This document shows, piece after piece, positions 39,419 through 49,987 of a stretch of 64,000 bases of DNA; the stretch's first letter is position 1, and each line of letters opens with the position of its first letter. The position numbers were made by a program, and so were the translations under genes. The stretch is taken from contig CAZEYD010000004.1 of NCBI GenBank assembly GCA_964516745.1, positions 7,972-71,971 on the forward strand. Direction: 5' to 3'. The notes beneath the pieces were generated by a model. That model did not search any database and was not told the origin of the DNA. It worked only from the letters and a program-made list of their open reading frames with translations. The DNA comes from Candidatus Woesearchaeota archaeon (lineage in GTDB: Archaea; Nanobdellota; Nanobdellia; Pacearchaeales; GW2011-AR1).

Positions 39419-40288
39419 ATGGAATCAGATATAATTGATTGGAATCCTTTAGAGTTCTTACTTGCTTCTGAATCATCAGAATATGCTAAGAAGTCTCTTT
39501 CTAATGTGGAAGCGAATAAAAATACTGATGAGTTTTTCTATAATGCGAAAGTGGATGAATGGGCAAAAGAGAAACTAATTGGCGATGATGACGATGTAGA
39601 TTATTATTGGAAAGAGATGTTTATGGGAAAGTCTAATGGAGTTTGGAAAGAGATAGAGAATTATCAAAACTTTGAATGGCCATTAGGTAATGGTGAATTT
39701 GATGAACTTGTAATAAAATTTAATGATGAGAACAATTCTTCAACTAAAAATGATTATGTAGAGATGTTTAAGGGTGATTACTCAAAAATATATGAGATTT
39801 TGGATGGTGATGACTCTGGTTCTGTAATTGAACAATTCTTGGTGGAGTATTTAGGAAAATTGCAAAGGCCGAATAAATCAGAATCTCATTTAAAAGAAAG
39901 TCAATTGGAAGCTGAAATTAATGTTGACAAAGTTCCTCTAGTTAATAAAGAATCTGATTATAATATTGCTAAAAATCAAATTTCTAATGAATATGGTAAA
40001 GATATAATATTTTATTCTACAATAAAAAAGATTTTATATTCTGATGAAAATCCTAGAACAAAAGTGAAGGAGCTTGATGACGTAGCATCAGGTCATCCAG
40101 AGTTTTCTCGAGATGTAGGTAAAATATTTGGTAATATTAGTCTTAATGTCTTTCCATTAGGGACTAATGGTACTTATGATGCTAATTATGCTTGGAAGAT
40201 TCGTAAAGGAAAAGAAGGATTTGATGAATTTATTAATAAAATAGATAAAAAAGATTTGGTTAATAAATATCTAGATATGGTGTTTTAG
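39419..40288 (+). CDS. Acidic hypothetical protein
   Basis: 289 aa ORF with a TTTAAATA box upstream; no motif recognised. Confidence 0.6.
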   Translation: MESDIIDWNPLEFLLASESSEYAKKSLSNVEANKNTDEFFYNAKVDEWAKEKLIGDDDDVDYYWKEMFMGKSNGVWKEIENYQNFEWPLGNGEFDELVIKFNDENNSSTKNDYVEMFKGDYSKIYEILDGDDSGSVIEQFLVEYLGKLQRPNKSESHLKESQLEAEINVDKVPLVNKESDYNIAKNQISNEYGKDIIFYSTIKKILYSDENPRTKVKELDDVASGHPEFSRDVGKIFGNISLNVFPLGTNGTYDANYAWKIRKGKEGFDEFINKIDKKDLVNKYLDMVF

Positions 40289-40329
40289 TATATCATAAAA
40301 TCTAAATAGTTTCTTTACTCTATTATAAT

Positions 40330-41355
40330 ATGGGATTAAATATTAGTGAAATAATACCTAGGCGAAATGTTGATGTTGCGGAGCTTAGAGGGAAAATCAT
40401 TGCAATTGATGCATATAATACTTTATACCAGTTTCTTACTTCTATTCGTCAAGTTGATGGAACTCCTTTGAAAGATAGTAGTGGAAAGATTACTTCTCAT
40501 TTATCTGGTTTGTTCTATAGAAATATTAGTTTGTTATTAGAAGGAATTAAACTTGTTTATGTTTTTGATGGAGTTCCTCCTGAATTAAAAAGAGGTGAAA
40601 TAGAGAAACGTAAAGAAGCGAAAGCATTTGCACAAGTTAAGTATGATGAGGCTAGACGTATTGAAGATATTGATGGAATGAGAAAATATTCTGCTAGGAC
40701 TGTTAAATTAACTGATGATATTATTAGAGAGAGTAAAGAATTATTGATTGCAATGGGTATACCTGTAATAGAGGCTCCGAGTGAGGGTGAAGCTGAAGCT
40801 GCTAGTTTGGCAAATAAAGGTTTGGTTTGGGCTTCTGCTTCTCAGGATTATGATTCTTTGTTATATGCTACACCTTTTTTGATTAGAAATCTGACACTTG
40901 CTCGTCGTAGGAAAACCGCTTCAGGTATGTATATAGATATTAAGCCTGAGTTGGTTGAATTTAAACGTGTATTGAATCGATTAGATATTGATCGTGATCA
41001 ATTAATTTGTTTAGCTATTCTTGTAGGAACTGATTATAATCCTGGTGGAGTTAAAGGTTTGGGTCAAAAAAGAGCACTAGGAATTGTTCAAAGGTACAAG
41101 TTTCCATTTGAGATATTCAAACATGTAGAAAAGAACTTTGAGTTTATTTTTGATTGGCAAGAAATTTATAAATTGTTTCATGAATATGAGACAGCGAATT
41201 TAGATGAGATTGAATTTCCGGAATTGGATAAGGAGAAAATAAAGGAAATTTTGAGTAGTCATGATTTTTCTGAATCTAGAATTGATTCTGCATTGTTGAA
41301 GTTGGATAAGGTTACTGAGTTGAAGAAGCAGAAAGGATTGGGTGAATTTTTCTAA
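40330..41355 (+). CDS. fen: Flap endonuclease 1
   Basis: IDAYNTLYQFL, APSEGEAE, SQDYD, GTDYN and C-terminal PIP box QKGLGEFF. Confidence 0.97.
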   Translation: MGLNISEIIPRRNVDVAELRGKIIAIDAYNTLYQFLTSIRQVDGTPLKDSSGKITSHLSGLFYRNISLLLEGIKLVYVFDGVPPELKRGEIEKRKEAKAFAQVKYDEARRIEDIDGMRKYSARTVKLTDDIIRESKELLIAMGIPVIEAPSEGEAEAASLANKGLVWASASQDYDSLLYATPFLIRNLTLARRRKTASGMYIDIKPELVEFKRVLNRLDIDRDQLICLAILVGTDYNPGGVKGLGQKRALGIVQRYKFPFEIFKHVEKNFEFIFDWQEIYKLFHEYETANLDEIEFPELDKEKIKEILSSHDFSESRIDSALLKLDKVTELKKQKGLGEFF

Positions 41356-41453
41356 GCTTTTTCTTTTAAGAAAAGAAAACCCTTGGAAAAAGAAAAATTA
41401 TAGTCTGGATGAATAAAATAAATTGTTAACTTTTTTGATATTATTCAAATAGA

Positions 41454-42026
41454 CTAGTGATTATTTTTTAATTTATCGATAATTATTAATTCATCTAAAA
41501 TTTCCTTTACATGTTCTTTATATTCAATCCAGTTTATTACTCGATTTCCATTTTTATCTAATTTTTTTAATACTTCGTCTAATAATTGAGGTTCTATTTT
41601 TCCAAAATATCCATTTCCTGTAGCATGATACCCGGTTATATTATTGTTGTCGTCTTTTATAAGACATAATTCTAAACTTCCGTTTTTTATTCTTGCAAAG
41701 TTTTTTATCCCTTCAGATAGAGAGTTCTTTGTTGCGTATATATCCATTGGCTCTTCTCCAAGATATACTACATCATCTTCATTTTTAATGTTTAAATCTT
41801 TCATTATATATTCTATATCACTTCTGTTTTCAACATTTAAGTTTTTCATTATATATTCTAAGCTATGAGATCTTTTCTTTACGTCCTGTTCTGTTGGTAG
41901 TTGATAACTTTGACAACTAGTCAAAAATATTCCAGCGATAATTGGTATTGATGCAATTGTTATAAGCGTTTTTGCTCCATTTGAAATATATTTTCCTAAG
42001 TTTCCTAATGAATATTTGTTTTTCAT
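41454..42026 (-). CDS. Putative lipoprotein with EF-hand-like loop
   Basis: Lipobox-like FLTSC after a hydrophobic stretch; DKNGNRVINWIE. Confidence 0.6.
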   Translation of the reverse strand: MKNKYSLGNLGKYISNGAKTLITIASIPIIAGIFLTSCQSYQLPTEQDVKKRSHSLEYIMKNLNVENRSDIEYIMKDLNIKNEDDVVYLGEEPMDIYATKNSLSEGIKNFARIKNGSLELCLIKDDNNNITGYHATGNGYFGKIEPQLLDEVLKKLDKNGNRVINWIEYKEHVKEILDELIIIDKLKNNH

Positions 42027-42160
42027 ATATTGTACAATAATTTATGCTTTATAAAGCTTATGTCTAGTTGCCACTACGGAGTTACATATTTAAAATGTGC
42101 AAAATTTATTAGAATTATTTTTGTCTATAACTTTATTAATTGTGTTTTTCTTTGGTTGTT

Positions 42161-42913
42161 ATGGGATATTGGGGAGTTGTTAATAATTGTTTGAAGAATG
42201 CTGATGTTGTTTTGTTTATTTTGGATGCGAGAATTCCTAATGAGAGTGCTAATCGTGAAGTTTTGAGAAAAGCGGGGGATATGAGTAAGGATTTGATTTT
42301 TGTTTTTAATAAATGTGATTTGATAAATGCGAAAAATTTGAAAAAATTGAAAGAGAAATATGAGGATGCGTTTTTTGTAACAATTAAAAGAAGAATATCA
42401 ATTCTTGCTATAAAGAAGCATTTGGATAAGTTGGCTGAGAATAGAGATAAGGATCAAGCTTTGCGTGTTGCTTTGATTGGTTATCCAAATGTTGGGAAAT
42501 CAAGTGTTTTGAATATTCTTGTTCCTGAAACGAGGGCAAAAGTTAGTAGTGTTAGTGGAACAACGAAGAAAACTCAATGGATTAGACAAGGTAATTTGCG
42601 TTTTATGGATACTCCTGGTGTGATTCCAAAATATGATTCTAGAGTTCGTGTTGGTTTGACTGCATCAAAAGATGCTCATAAGTTGAAAAATCCTGATAAG
42701 GTTGCGTATGAGGTGATTAAGGTTTTGAGAAAACAGAATCCTGAGGGTTTTAAGAAGACTTATGGAATTTCTTATGATGATGAAGATAGTGATTATGATA
42801 TTTTGTTACAGATTGGTGAGAAACGAAAATATTTGATTAAAGGTGGAGATGTCGATGAGAATAGAACTGTTACACAGATTATTAGTGATTGGCAAAAGGG
42901 ACGAATTAAATAG
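42161..42913 (+). CDS. Circularly permuted GTPase (YlqF/RbgA family)
   Basis: DAR.P, then NKCD (G4) before GYPNVGKSS (G1), GTT and DTPG. Confidence 0.93.
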   Translation: MGYWGVVNNCLKNADVVLFILDARIPNESANREVLRKAGDMSKDLIFVFNKCDLINAKNLKKLKEKYEDAFFVTIKRRISILAIKKHLDKLAENRDKDQALRVALIGYPNVGKSSVLNILVPETRAKVSSVSGTTKKTQWIRQGNLRFMDTPGVIPKYDSRVRVGLTASKDAHKLKNPDKVAYEVIKVLRKQNPEGFKKTYGISYDDEDSDYDILLQIGEKRKYLIKGGDVDENRTVTQIISDWQKGRIK

Positions 42914-42956
42914 GCTTTGTGATTAATTATAAAAAGTCATTTTGTTTTGTTTTGTT

Positions 42957-44651
42957 ATGGATTATTTTAAATTGTGTGATGTATATGAGAAATTGGAATT
43001 TACCGCTAAGGGGCTTGAAAAGGCCTCTATTCTAGCTAAGTTTTTGGATGAGATTAAGGGAGAATTTAAATATATTTATTTATTACAAGGAAGAATTTTC
43101 CCAGATTATGATAATCGTGAATTGGGAATGTCTATTCAATTAGTGATTAAGGCTATTGCTAAGGCTTCTGGTTTTAGTGAGAGTGGGGTTTTGAATGAAT
43201 TTAAGGAAAGGGGTGACCTGGGTGAAGTTGCTTATGAATTGGTTGGTAAAAGGAAACAACAGACATCATTGTTTTCTAGTAAATTAAGTGTTGAAAAAGT
43301 TTTTGAGAGTTTGTTGAAGATTACGACTTTGGAAGGGAAAGGAACGGTTGGGACGAAGATTAGTTTGATTGTAGATTTGTTACATTCTGCTGTTGGTGTC
43401 GAGACGAAATATATTGTGAGAACTGTTTTGGCAGATTTAAAGATTGGTATTGGGAGTGGTTTAATTAGAGATTCAATTGTTGAATATTGTTTTCATCCTG
43501 ATGATATGGATAAAAAAAGAGAATTTGCCTCTAAGGTTCAGAGTGCTTATAATTTAGCGACGGATTGGGCTATTGTGTTTGAAAGAGCATGTGAGAATAG
43601 GCTTGATGATATTAAGCTTTCTCCGAAGAAACCTGTTAAGGTTATGCTTTATCCGAAAGTTCGTAGTGCTGAAGAGGCGCTTAAAGTTGTTGGTAGTCCT
43701 GCTGCATTTGAGTATAAATATGATGGATTTAGAATGATGATTAATAAAGATGAGGATGGTAATGTGAAGCTTTTTACTAGAAGATTAGAAGATGTTAGTA
43801 TACAATTTCCTGAGGTTGTTGAATATGTTAAAACTCATATTAAAGGAAAAAGCTTTATTGTTGATTCTGAGGCAATTGGTTATGATAAAAAAACAAAGAA
43901 GTATACCGAGTTCCAAGCAATTAGTCAGAGAATTAGGAGAAAGTATGATATTGAAAGATTAGTCGATGAATTACCTGTTGAATTAAGAGTCTTTGATATT
44001 ATTTATTATGAGGGTGAGAACATGATTGAAAAAACCTATGAGTATCGTAGAGAATTTTTGTCAAAACTTATTATCGAGGAAAAATTAAAAATTGGTCTTG
44101 CTGAAAGGATTGTTACTGATAGTATTGATGAGGCGCACGATTTTTTTAATAGAGCTTTGGCTGATAATCAGGAAGGTTTGATGGTTAAAGGGCTTGACAA
44201 GCAGTATAAGCCTGGTGCTAGAGTTGGATATGGTGTTAAATGGAAACCTGTTGATTCTGATTTTGATTTGGTTATTACGGGTGCCGAATGGGGAAATGGA
44301 AAACGTGCTGGTTGGTTGACTAGTTTTGATATTGCCTGTAGAAATGGAAATGGTGAGTTATTGGAAATAGGAAGAGTCGGTAGTGGTGTTAAAGAATTAG
44401 AACAAGAGGAGGGGGGAGATGTTAGTTATAGTGAGTTGACTGAAATGTTAAAGGTGTTGATTATTAGTGAAGAGGGAAAACATGTTAGTGTTAAACCTGA
44501 GATTGTTGTGACAATTCAATTCCAAAATGTTCAAAAATCACCGAGTTATTCTTCAGGATATGCTTTAAGATTTCCACGAATTACTTGTTTACGTCCAGAT
44601 AGAAATGTTGAAGATATAACAACTGTCGAAGAGGTTGAGGAAGAAATTTAG
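42957..44651 (+). CDS. lig: ATP-dependent DNA ligase
   Basis: EYKYDGFR, VFDII, EGLMVK, LRFPR motifs. Confidence 0.97.
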   Translation: MDYFKLCDVYEKLEFTAKGLEKASILAKFLDEIKGEFKYIYLLQGRIFPDYDNRELGMSIQLVIKAIAKASGFSESGVLNEFKERGDLGEVAYELVGKRKQQTSLFSSKLSVEKVFESLLKITTLEGKGTVGTKISLIVDLLHSAVGVETKYIVRTVLADLKIGIGSGLIRDSIVEYCFHPDDMDKKREFASKVQSAYNLATDWAIVFERACENRLDDIKLSPKKPVKVMLYPKVRSAEEALKVVGSPAAFEYKYDGFRMMINKDEDGNVKLFTRRLEDVSIQFPEVVEYVKTHIKGKSFIVDSEAIGYDKKTKKYTEFQAISQRIRRKYDIERLVDELPVELRVFDIIYYEGENMIEKTYEYRREFLSKLIIEEKLKIGLAERIVTDSIDEAHDFFNRALADNQEGLMVKGLDKQYKPGARVGYGVKWKPVDSDFDLVITGAEWGNGKRAGWLTSFDIACRNGNGELLEIGRVGSGVKELEQEEGGDVSYSELTEMLKVLIISEEGKHVSVKPEIVVTIQFQNVQKSPSYSSGYALRFPRITCLRPDRNVEDITTVEEVEEEI

Positions 44652-44734
44652 TAAAAAAGCTATTTGAATATTTTGTTTGATTATTAAATTAAATGAGCCA
44701 AAGCCTTTATAAAGGAAATGGGATATATTTCATT

Positions 44735-45349
44735 ATGGTTGTATCTAAATCTAGTGGTAAAAAAGACTTAACTTTACGTGTTCAAAATATAGTAGCGACG
44801 ACATCTTTGGAAAAAGAGGTCAGTTTAACAAAATTAGCTAGAACTCAACCTAATACAGAATATAATCCTGATACATTCCCTGGTTTAGTTTTAAGAGTTA
44901 AAGAACCTAAGAGTGCCGTATTGGTGTTCTCGTCTGGAAATTTGGTATGTACTGGAACAAAATCTGTTTCTCAAGTAAGAGAAGTTGTTCAACAGGTTAT
45001 AAAACAGTTGAAGAAAATAGGTGTAAATGTTACTGTTAAGCCAAAAATCACAGTTCAAAATATTGTTGCTAGTGGTGCGATTGATTTAGATTTGAATTTG
45101 AATACTTTATCTTTAGAGTTAGAGAATACAGAATATGAACCTGAGCAATTCCCAGGTTTGGTTTATAAGTTAGAAGATCCAACAGCTACTTTTTTATTGT
45201 TTAGTAATGGAAAGTTGGTATGTACTGGAACTAAGAATAAAGTTCAGTTAGATGATTCTATGATTCAATTGAATACTAATGTTAGAGCTGCATTGAAAAG
45301 GATTAAAGATATGCAGAAGAAGGCTAAGGAAGCTGAAGACGATTTCTAG
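44735..45349 (+). CDS. tbp: TATA-binding protein
   Basis: Two repeats of QNIVA...Y.P..FPGLV...LFS.GKLVCTG; ATG 44735. Confidence 0.97.
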   Translation: MVVSKSSGKKDLTLRVQNIVATTSLEKEVSLTKLARTQPNTEYNPDTFPGLVLRVKEPKSAVLVFSSGNLVCTGTKSVSQVREVVQQVIKQLKKIGVNVTVKPKITVQNIVASGAIDLDLNLNTLSLELENTEYEPEQFPGLVYKLEDPTATFLLFSNGKLVCTGTKNKVQLDDSMIQLNTNVRAALKRIKDMQKKAKEAEDDF

Positions 45350-45391
45350 TTAGAGATTAATATATGTTTTTGAAACAAATATTTGTGTTAA

Positions 45392-45640
45392 TTATAAAGA
45401 TATTTGTTTTTGTAAAAGCATTATTTCTAACAAATTAATATTTTTTATTTTCTTAAATTTTGGATCCCATGATGGCTTATAATTTTTTTTTAATGTATCG
45501 ATATCTTTTCTATAAATTGCAGCATGTTCTGGAGAGATAGAACGTGAATTTTTGATATTTTTTGATACAGAATTAAGGGTATTATTCCATCGATCATATC
45601 TAAATTCGATTTCTCTTTTGGTTCCTGTGTATGTATTCAT
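45392..45640 (-). CDS. Small orphan protein, paralog of 49988-50272
   Basis: About half the residues identical to the second copy in an ungapped hand alignment. Confidence 0.7.
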   Translation of the reverse strand: MNTYTGTKREIEFRYDRWNNTLNSVSKNIKNSRSISPEHAAIYRKDIDTLKKNYKPSWDPKFKKIKNINLLEIMLLQKQISL

Positions 45641-45731
45641 AGAATTATCCTTGAGAAACGGTTTATAAGTTTTTATATTTGAAGTTAATTGGAATAAAAA
45701 AGATTATAAAGACTTTATTATGTTTGTGTGC

Positions 45732-46076
45732 ATGGTTAATCATACAAGTGGGTTACATCACTATCATATTAGAAAAAGAATTCATCAGAAGCATGAAGTT
45801 TATCCTAGTCCGAAAAAATCTATTCGTTTTATGGATAAGGCGGTATATATCGTTGGTATTATTGGTCCGTTGATGACAATCCCTCAATTGATGAAAATTT
45901 GGATTGAACAGAATGTCTCTGGGATTTCTATTCTTTCGTGGGGTACATATCTTTTTACCGCATTGTTTTGGTTAGTATATGGAATAATTCATAAAGAGAA
46001 ACCGTTGATTTTTATGTATTCTTTATGGGTATTGGTTGAGATTTTTGTCGTGATTGGAATTGCGATTTATGCCTGA
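45732..46076 (+). CDS. SemiSWEET/PQ-loop protein with His-rich N-terminus
   Basis: TIPQLMKIW, W..YG, three TM helices; GLHHYHIRKRIH. Confidence 0.85.
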   Translation: MVNHTSGLHHYHIRKRIHQKHEVYPSPKKSIRFMDKAVYIVGIIGPLMTIPQLMKIWIEQNVSGISILSWGTYLFTALFWLVYGIIHKEKPLIFMYSLWVLVEIFVVIGIAIYA

Positions 46077-46513
46077 TGTTTTTTTATAGATTGTAATAAT
46101 GCGTGCTCTAGTTTCTTAGGCTCATCTGTTCCTATTCTATATGTTTGATTATTTTTAGTTTTTATTTCAATTGCATCGAATCCAGAGATGTTATAAATTC
46201 TCATACTTGGCCAGAACCAAATTCTTATTCCCCATCCGTAATACCAATGATTTTTTACTGTTTTTACTGACGTTATTGTTTTTAGTGGGAAGTTTTTTTT
46301 GTATATTCCATAACCGAATTTTATTTGTAGATTGGTTTTGTTTATTGTGACTTTGAGTGTTGAGAAAGATGCAAGAATTAATGTTACGGAAAGTATTGTT
46401 ACGAGGACAATCTTGTTAAAATTAGTTTGTATTAAAATAAATGTGTAGAGTAATGTTGTTGCGAATAGGGTGTATAATATTAGATATCCAATTTGTGTGT
46501 GTTTGTAGTTCAT
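46067..46513 (-). CDS. Membrane protein with bacterial PH-like domain
   Basis: Two TM helices, then WYYGWGIR...YNISG...IGTDEP. Confidence 0.65.
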   Translation of the reverse strand: MNYKHTQIGYLILYTLFATTLLYTFILIQTNFNKIVLVTILSVTLILASFSTLKVTINKTNLQIKFGYGIYKKNFPLKTITSVKTVKNHWYYGWGIRIWFWPSMRIYNISGFDAIEIKTKNNQTYRIGTDEPKKLEHALLQSIKKHQA

Positions 46514-46688
46514 GTTGTTTGGAAGATTTATATTTTTATAAGGGTTTTGGGTTATTACTAGCTATTTTAGAACACTTATAGAAAAGAATTAAGTCTTTCT
46601 CTTTTTTTTAGGTTATCTTTTTAAATGCTCTTTTCCTTTTTGGAAAATCGTAAAGGTAAAAAAAGTTAAAAAATCTGATGTTTTGGGT

Positions 46689-49600
46689 ATGTTATCTAAG
46701 TTTGGTCTCCGTGATGATTTAATTCCTGTTTGGCAAAGTTTTGTTAATGATAAACTTCAGGTTGATGCCGTTGGTATTTTTGATTCTTTTGATATTTCTC
46801 GTGAGCGTATTGATTCTAAATCTGAGTCTAATGTTTTGATTCGTGATAATGGCAAGAGTTATGACGTTAGTATTGAGATTGTTAATGATGAGTTTTTGTA
46901 TTTTTGTACTTGTTCTCATCGTTCTGAGGCTAAGGCTTGTGCTCATGCTGGTGCTGTTTTAATTCATAAGATGCTTAAGTCTAAGAAGAATGATTTTAAT
47001 TCTCGTCCAAAGACTTTATTGGCTGCTTTAGCTGATAAACGTAAAAGTCTTGGTGGTATAAATTATTTTAAGGAGTTATTCCCTAGTGTTAGTAAAGATT
47101 CTCAAAAAAACATGATTTATTTTAATTTTGAGGATTTTAGTAATAATAGTCAACTTTTGCGTTTACAGCGTGGTGTCATTAAGAATGATGGTTCTTATTC
47201 TTTGCCTATGAAGTTTACTGGTAAGGATTTTGATTTTAATCGTTTGAATGTTAGTGGTGGTGTTCGTCGTCTTTTGAGTTTTATTATTACTGGAGAGAAT
47301 TTTGGTATGGGTTATGCTAGTGGTGGTTTTTCTAAGAGTCGTTTTTATGATGTTAATACTGATTATATGATGCCTTTGTTTAAGGATTTATATTTTCTTG
47401 AGCAAGAATTAATTCTTGGAGCTACTTTTGCTAAGGAAAATTTTCGTATTCGTTGGGATACTTCTAAGAATTCTGATTCTACTTATACTCTTAAACCTTT
47501 TTTTGTTTCTGGTAAGCGTGAAGTTAGTTTATGTAACATGGAGTTGAGTGAACTTGGTATGAATAGTCTTTGGGTTTTTGATAATAAGAAGCGGTGTTTT
47601 TACCAACATAAGGAATGTTCTCGTCTTGATGCTGTTAAAAATATTGTTCGTTTTCCTAAGGAGCTTGTTTTGACTGAGTCTGAGTTGAAGGATTTTTTTA
47701 GTAAGTATTATCAGGACGTTTTGGATAGTTTTGAATTTAAGGTGTCTGATGATTTTAATCGTGAGGAGAAGTCGGTTATTCCTTTGCCTAAACTTTATTT
47801 GGAACGTAAGGGTGTTAAGATTTTGGTAAATTTACGTTTTGATTATGCTGGCCGTGAGGTAGATTATTTTTCTAAGACTAAAGATTTGGTTATTGTTAAG
47901 GAGAATACTTTATATGATGTTTCTAGGGATTTGGAAGAGGAGGATCGTGTTGCTGAACTTCTTAATGATAATGGGGTTGTGACTCATAAGCGTTATGATG
48001 AGTTTCGTTTGGAAGAGGATTTAATTGATTTTGTTGTTAATGGAATTCCTAATCTTAAGAACTATAGTATTGGTATTTTTGGTGAGGAGAATTTATTTAA
48101 TTTTAAAATTTCTAAGGGTCGTCCTGGTATGATGCTTGAAGTAAAAAATGATGTTGACTGGTTTGATATTAAAGGCGAAATTCGTTTTGGTAAGGATAGG
48201 GCTTCTATGGAAAAAGTTCTTGAAGCTGTTTTTCAAAATAAAAGGTTTGTTGATTTGGGTGATAATAAGAAGGGTGTTATTCCTGTAAATTGGATTTCTG
48301 AACTTCGTGCTTATAGAGGTTTTTTTAAGAATGATGATGGTAGTACTAAACTTTCAAAATATCATGTTTCTGTTTTGGAATCTTTAATTAATTTGTCTAA
48401 GAATACTAATCTTGATAAAGAATCTGAGAAAGCTTTAAAAAAGTTTCGAAGTTTTGAAAAAATTAGTGAGGTTGAAATTTCTAAGAATATCACTGCTAAT
48501 CTTCGTGATTATCAGAAGAAGGGGTATGATTGGTTAAATTTTCTTAAAGATTATGATTTTAATGGAATTTTAGCTGATGATATGGGCCTTGGTAAAACTC
48601 TTCAGGCTCTTTGTCTCTTACAAAAAATCAAGGATGATGGCGGGAAAAAACCTTCTTTAATTATTGTTCCTACTTCTTTAATTTTTAATTGGAATAATGA
48701 AATAAAAAAATTCTCTCCTAAATTAAAAGCTTATTTGCATCATGGTTCTAAGAGGGTTAAGGGTGAGAAGAATTTTGCTTCTAACTTAAAAAGTCACGAT
48801 TTAATCATTACCTCTTATGGTATTTTAAAGAATGATTTAGCACTTTTTGCTATGCAAAAATTTGATTATGTTATCTTAGATGAGGCTCATAGCATCAAGA
48901 ATCCTTTATCTGTCAATGCTCGTTCTGTCAATGCTCTTTGTGCTAGTCATAAACTTGCAATTTCTGGTACTCCAATACAAAATAATTTAATGGAACTTTG
49001 GAGTCTTTTTAATTTTCTTAGTCCTGGATACCTTGGTTCTTATGATTCTTTCAAAGAAAATTTTGTTTTGCGAATCGAGGGTGAAAAGGATGAAGCTACT
49101 AAAAATGCTTTGAAGAGGATGGTAGATCCGTTTTTATTGAAGAGGTCTAAAGATATAATTTCTAGTGAGCTCCCTCCAAAAACTGAGCTTGTTCTTAGAA
49201 GTAATTTTGGTGATGATGAAAAATTAATTTATAATAATTGGAAGGATTATTATAGCTCAGAAATTTCAAGCAGCATTAAGGCGAATGGTCTTGGTAAGTC
49301 TAGATTAAAAATTCTTGAGGGTTTAACAAAATTAAGACAAGTTTGTTTGCATCCTAGAATGGTTGATTCAAAATATGTTGGTAGTAGCGCAAAATTTGAT
49401 CTTCTTGTTGTGGAGGTTGAAAAAGTTTTGTCTGAGGGACATAAGGTTTTAATTTTTTCTTCTTTTGTTAAGATGTTGACTATTTTGCAGGAAGAATTAC
49501 AAAAAAAAGGTATCAAATATTCGTATCTTGATGGTGCTTCAAAAAATCGTGAGAAAATTGTTAGGGAATTTGAGGAAAGTAAAACATCTCGTCCTTTTCT

Positions 49601-49892
49601 TATTTCTATTAAAGCTGGTGGCGTTGGTCTAAATCTTACTTCTGCTGATTATGTTTTTGTAGTGGATCCTTGGTGGAATCCTGCTGTTGAGATGCAGGCT
49701 ATGGATAGAGCTCATAGAATTGGACAAAAAAAACCTGTTTTTGTTTACAAAATGATTGCTGATGGCTCTATCGAAGAAAAGATTCTCGAATTACAAAAAT
49801 CTAAGAAGAAACTTGTAACTGATATTATCCATGTAGAAAAGGGTATCGCTAAGGAGATGGATGTTAAGATGATTAAAGAAATTTTTGGTTAA
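46689..49892 (+). CDS. SWIM Zn-finger SNF2-family helicase/ATPase
   Basis: CTC...CAH SWIM; LADDMGLGKT, DEAH, SGTP, GLNLT, QAMDRAHRIGQ. Confidence 0.95.
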   Translation: MLSKFGLRDDLIPVWQSFVNDKLQVDAVGIFDSFDISRERIDSKSESNVLIRDNGKSYDVSIEIVNDEFLYFCTCSHRSEAKACAHAGAVLIHKMLKSKKNDFNSRPKTLLAALADKRKSLGGINYFKELFPSVSKDSQKNMIYFNFEDFSNNSQLLRLQRGVIKNDGSYSLPMKFTGKDFDFNRLNVSGGVRRLLSFIITGENFGMGYASGGFSKSRFYDVNTDYMMPLFKDLYFLEQELILGATFAKENFRIRWDTSKNSDSTYTLKPFFVSGKREVSLCNMELSELGMNSLWVFDNKKRCFYQHKECSRLDAVKNIVRFPKELVLTESELKDFFSKYYQDVLDSFEFKVSDDFNREEKSVIPLPKLYLERKGVKILVNLRFDYAGREVDYFSKTKDLVIVKENTLYDVSRDLEEEDRVAELLNDNGVVTHKRYDEFRLEEDLIDFVVNGIPNLKNYSIGIFGEENLFNFKISKGRPGMMLEVKNDVDWFDIKGEIRFGKDRASMEKVLEAVFQNKRFVDLGDNKKGVIPVNWISELRAYRGFFKNDDGSTKLSKYHVSVLESLINLSKNTNLDKESEKALKKFRSFEKISEVEISKNITANLRDYQKKGYDWLNFLKDYDFNGILADDMGLGKTLQALCLLQKIKDDGGKKPSLIIVPTSLIFNWNNEIKKFSPKLKAYLHHGSKRVKGEKNFASNLKSHDLIITSYGILKNDLALFAMQKFDYVILDEAHSIKNPLSVNARSVNALCASHKLAISGTPIQNNLMELWSLFNFLSPGYLGSYDSFKENFVLRIEGEKDEATKNALKRMVDPFLLKRSKDIISSELPPKTELVLRSNFGDDEKLIYNNWKDYYSSEISSSIKANGLGKSRLKILEGLTKLRQVCLHPRMVDSKYVGSSAKFDLLVVEVEKVLSEGHKVLIFSSFVKMLTILQEELQKKGIKYSYLDGASKNREKIVREFEESKTSRPFLISIKAGGVGLNLTSADYVFVVDPWWNPAVEMQAMDRAHRIGQKKPVFVYKMIADGSIEEKILELQKSKKKLVTDIIHVEKGIAKEMDVKMIKEIFG

Positions 49893-49987
49893 AAGTTTGT
49901 ATTCTATTGGTTTGGGAGTTTTATATTTTATTTAAAACGATTTGTTCTTAAGAAAAGATTTAGTGTTAATCTGCTATTTTTCTTTTA

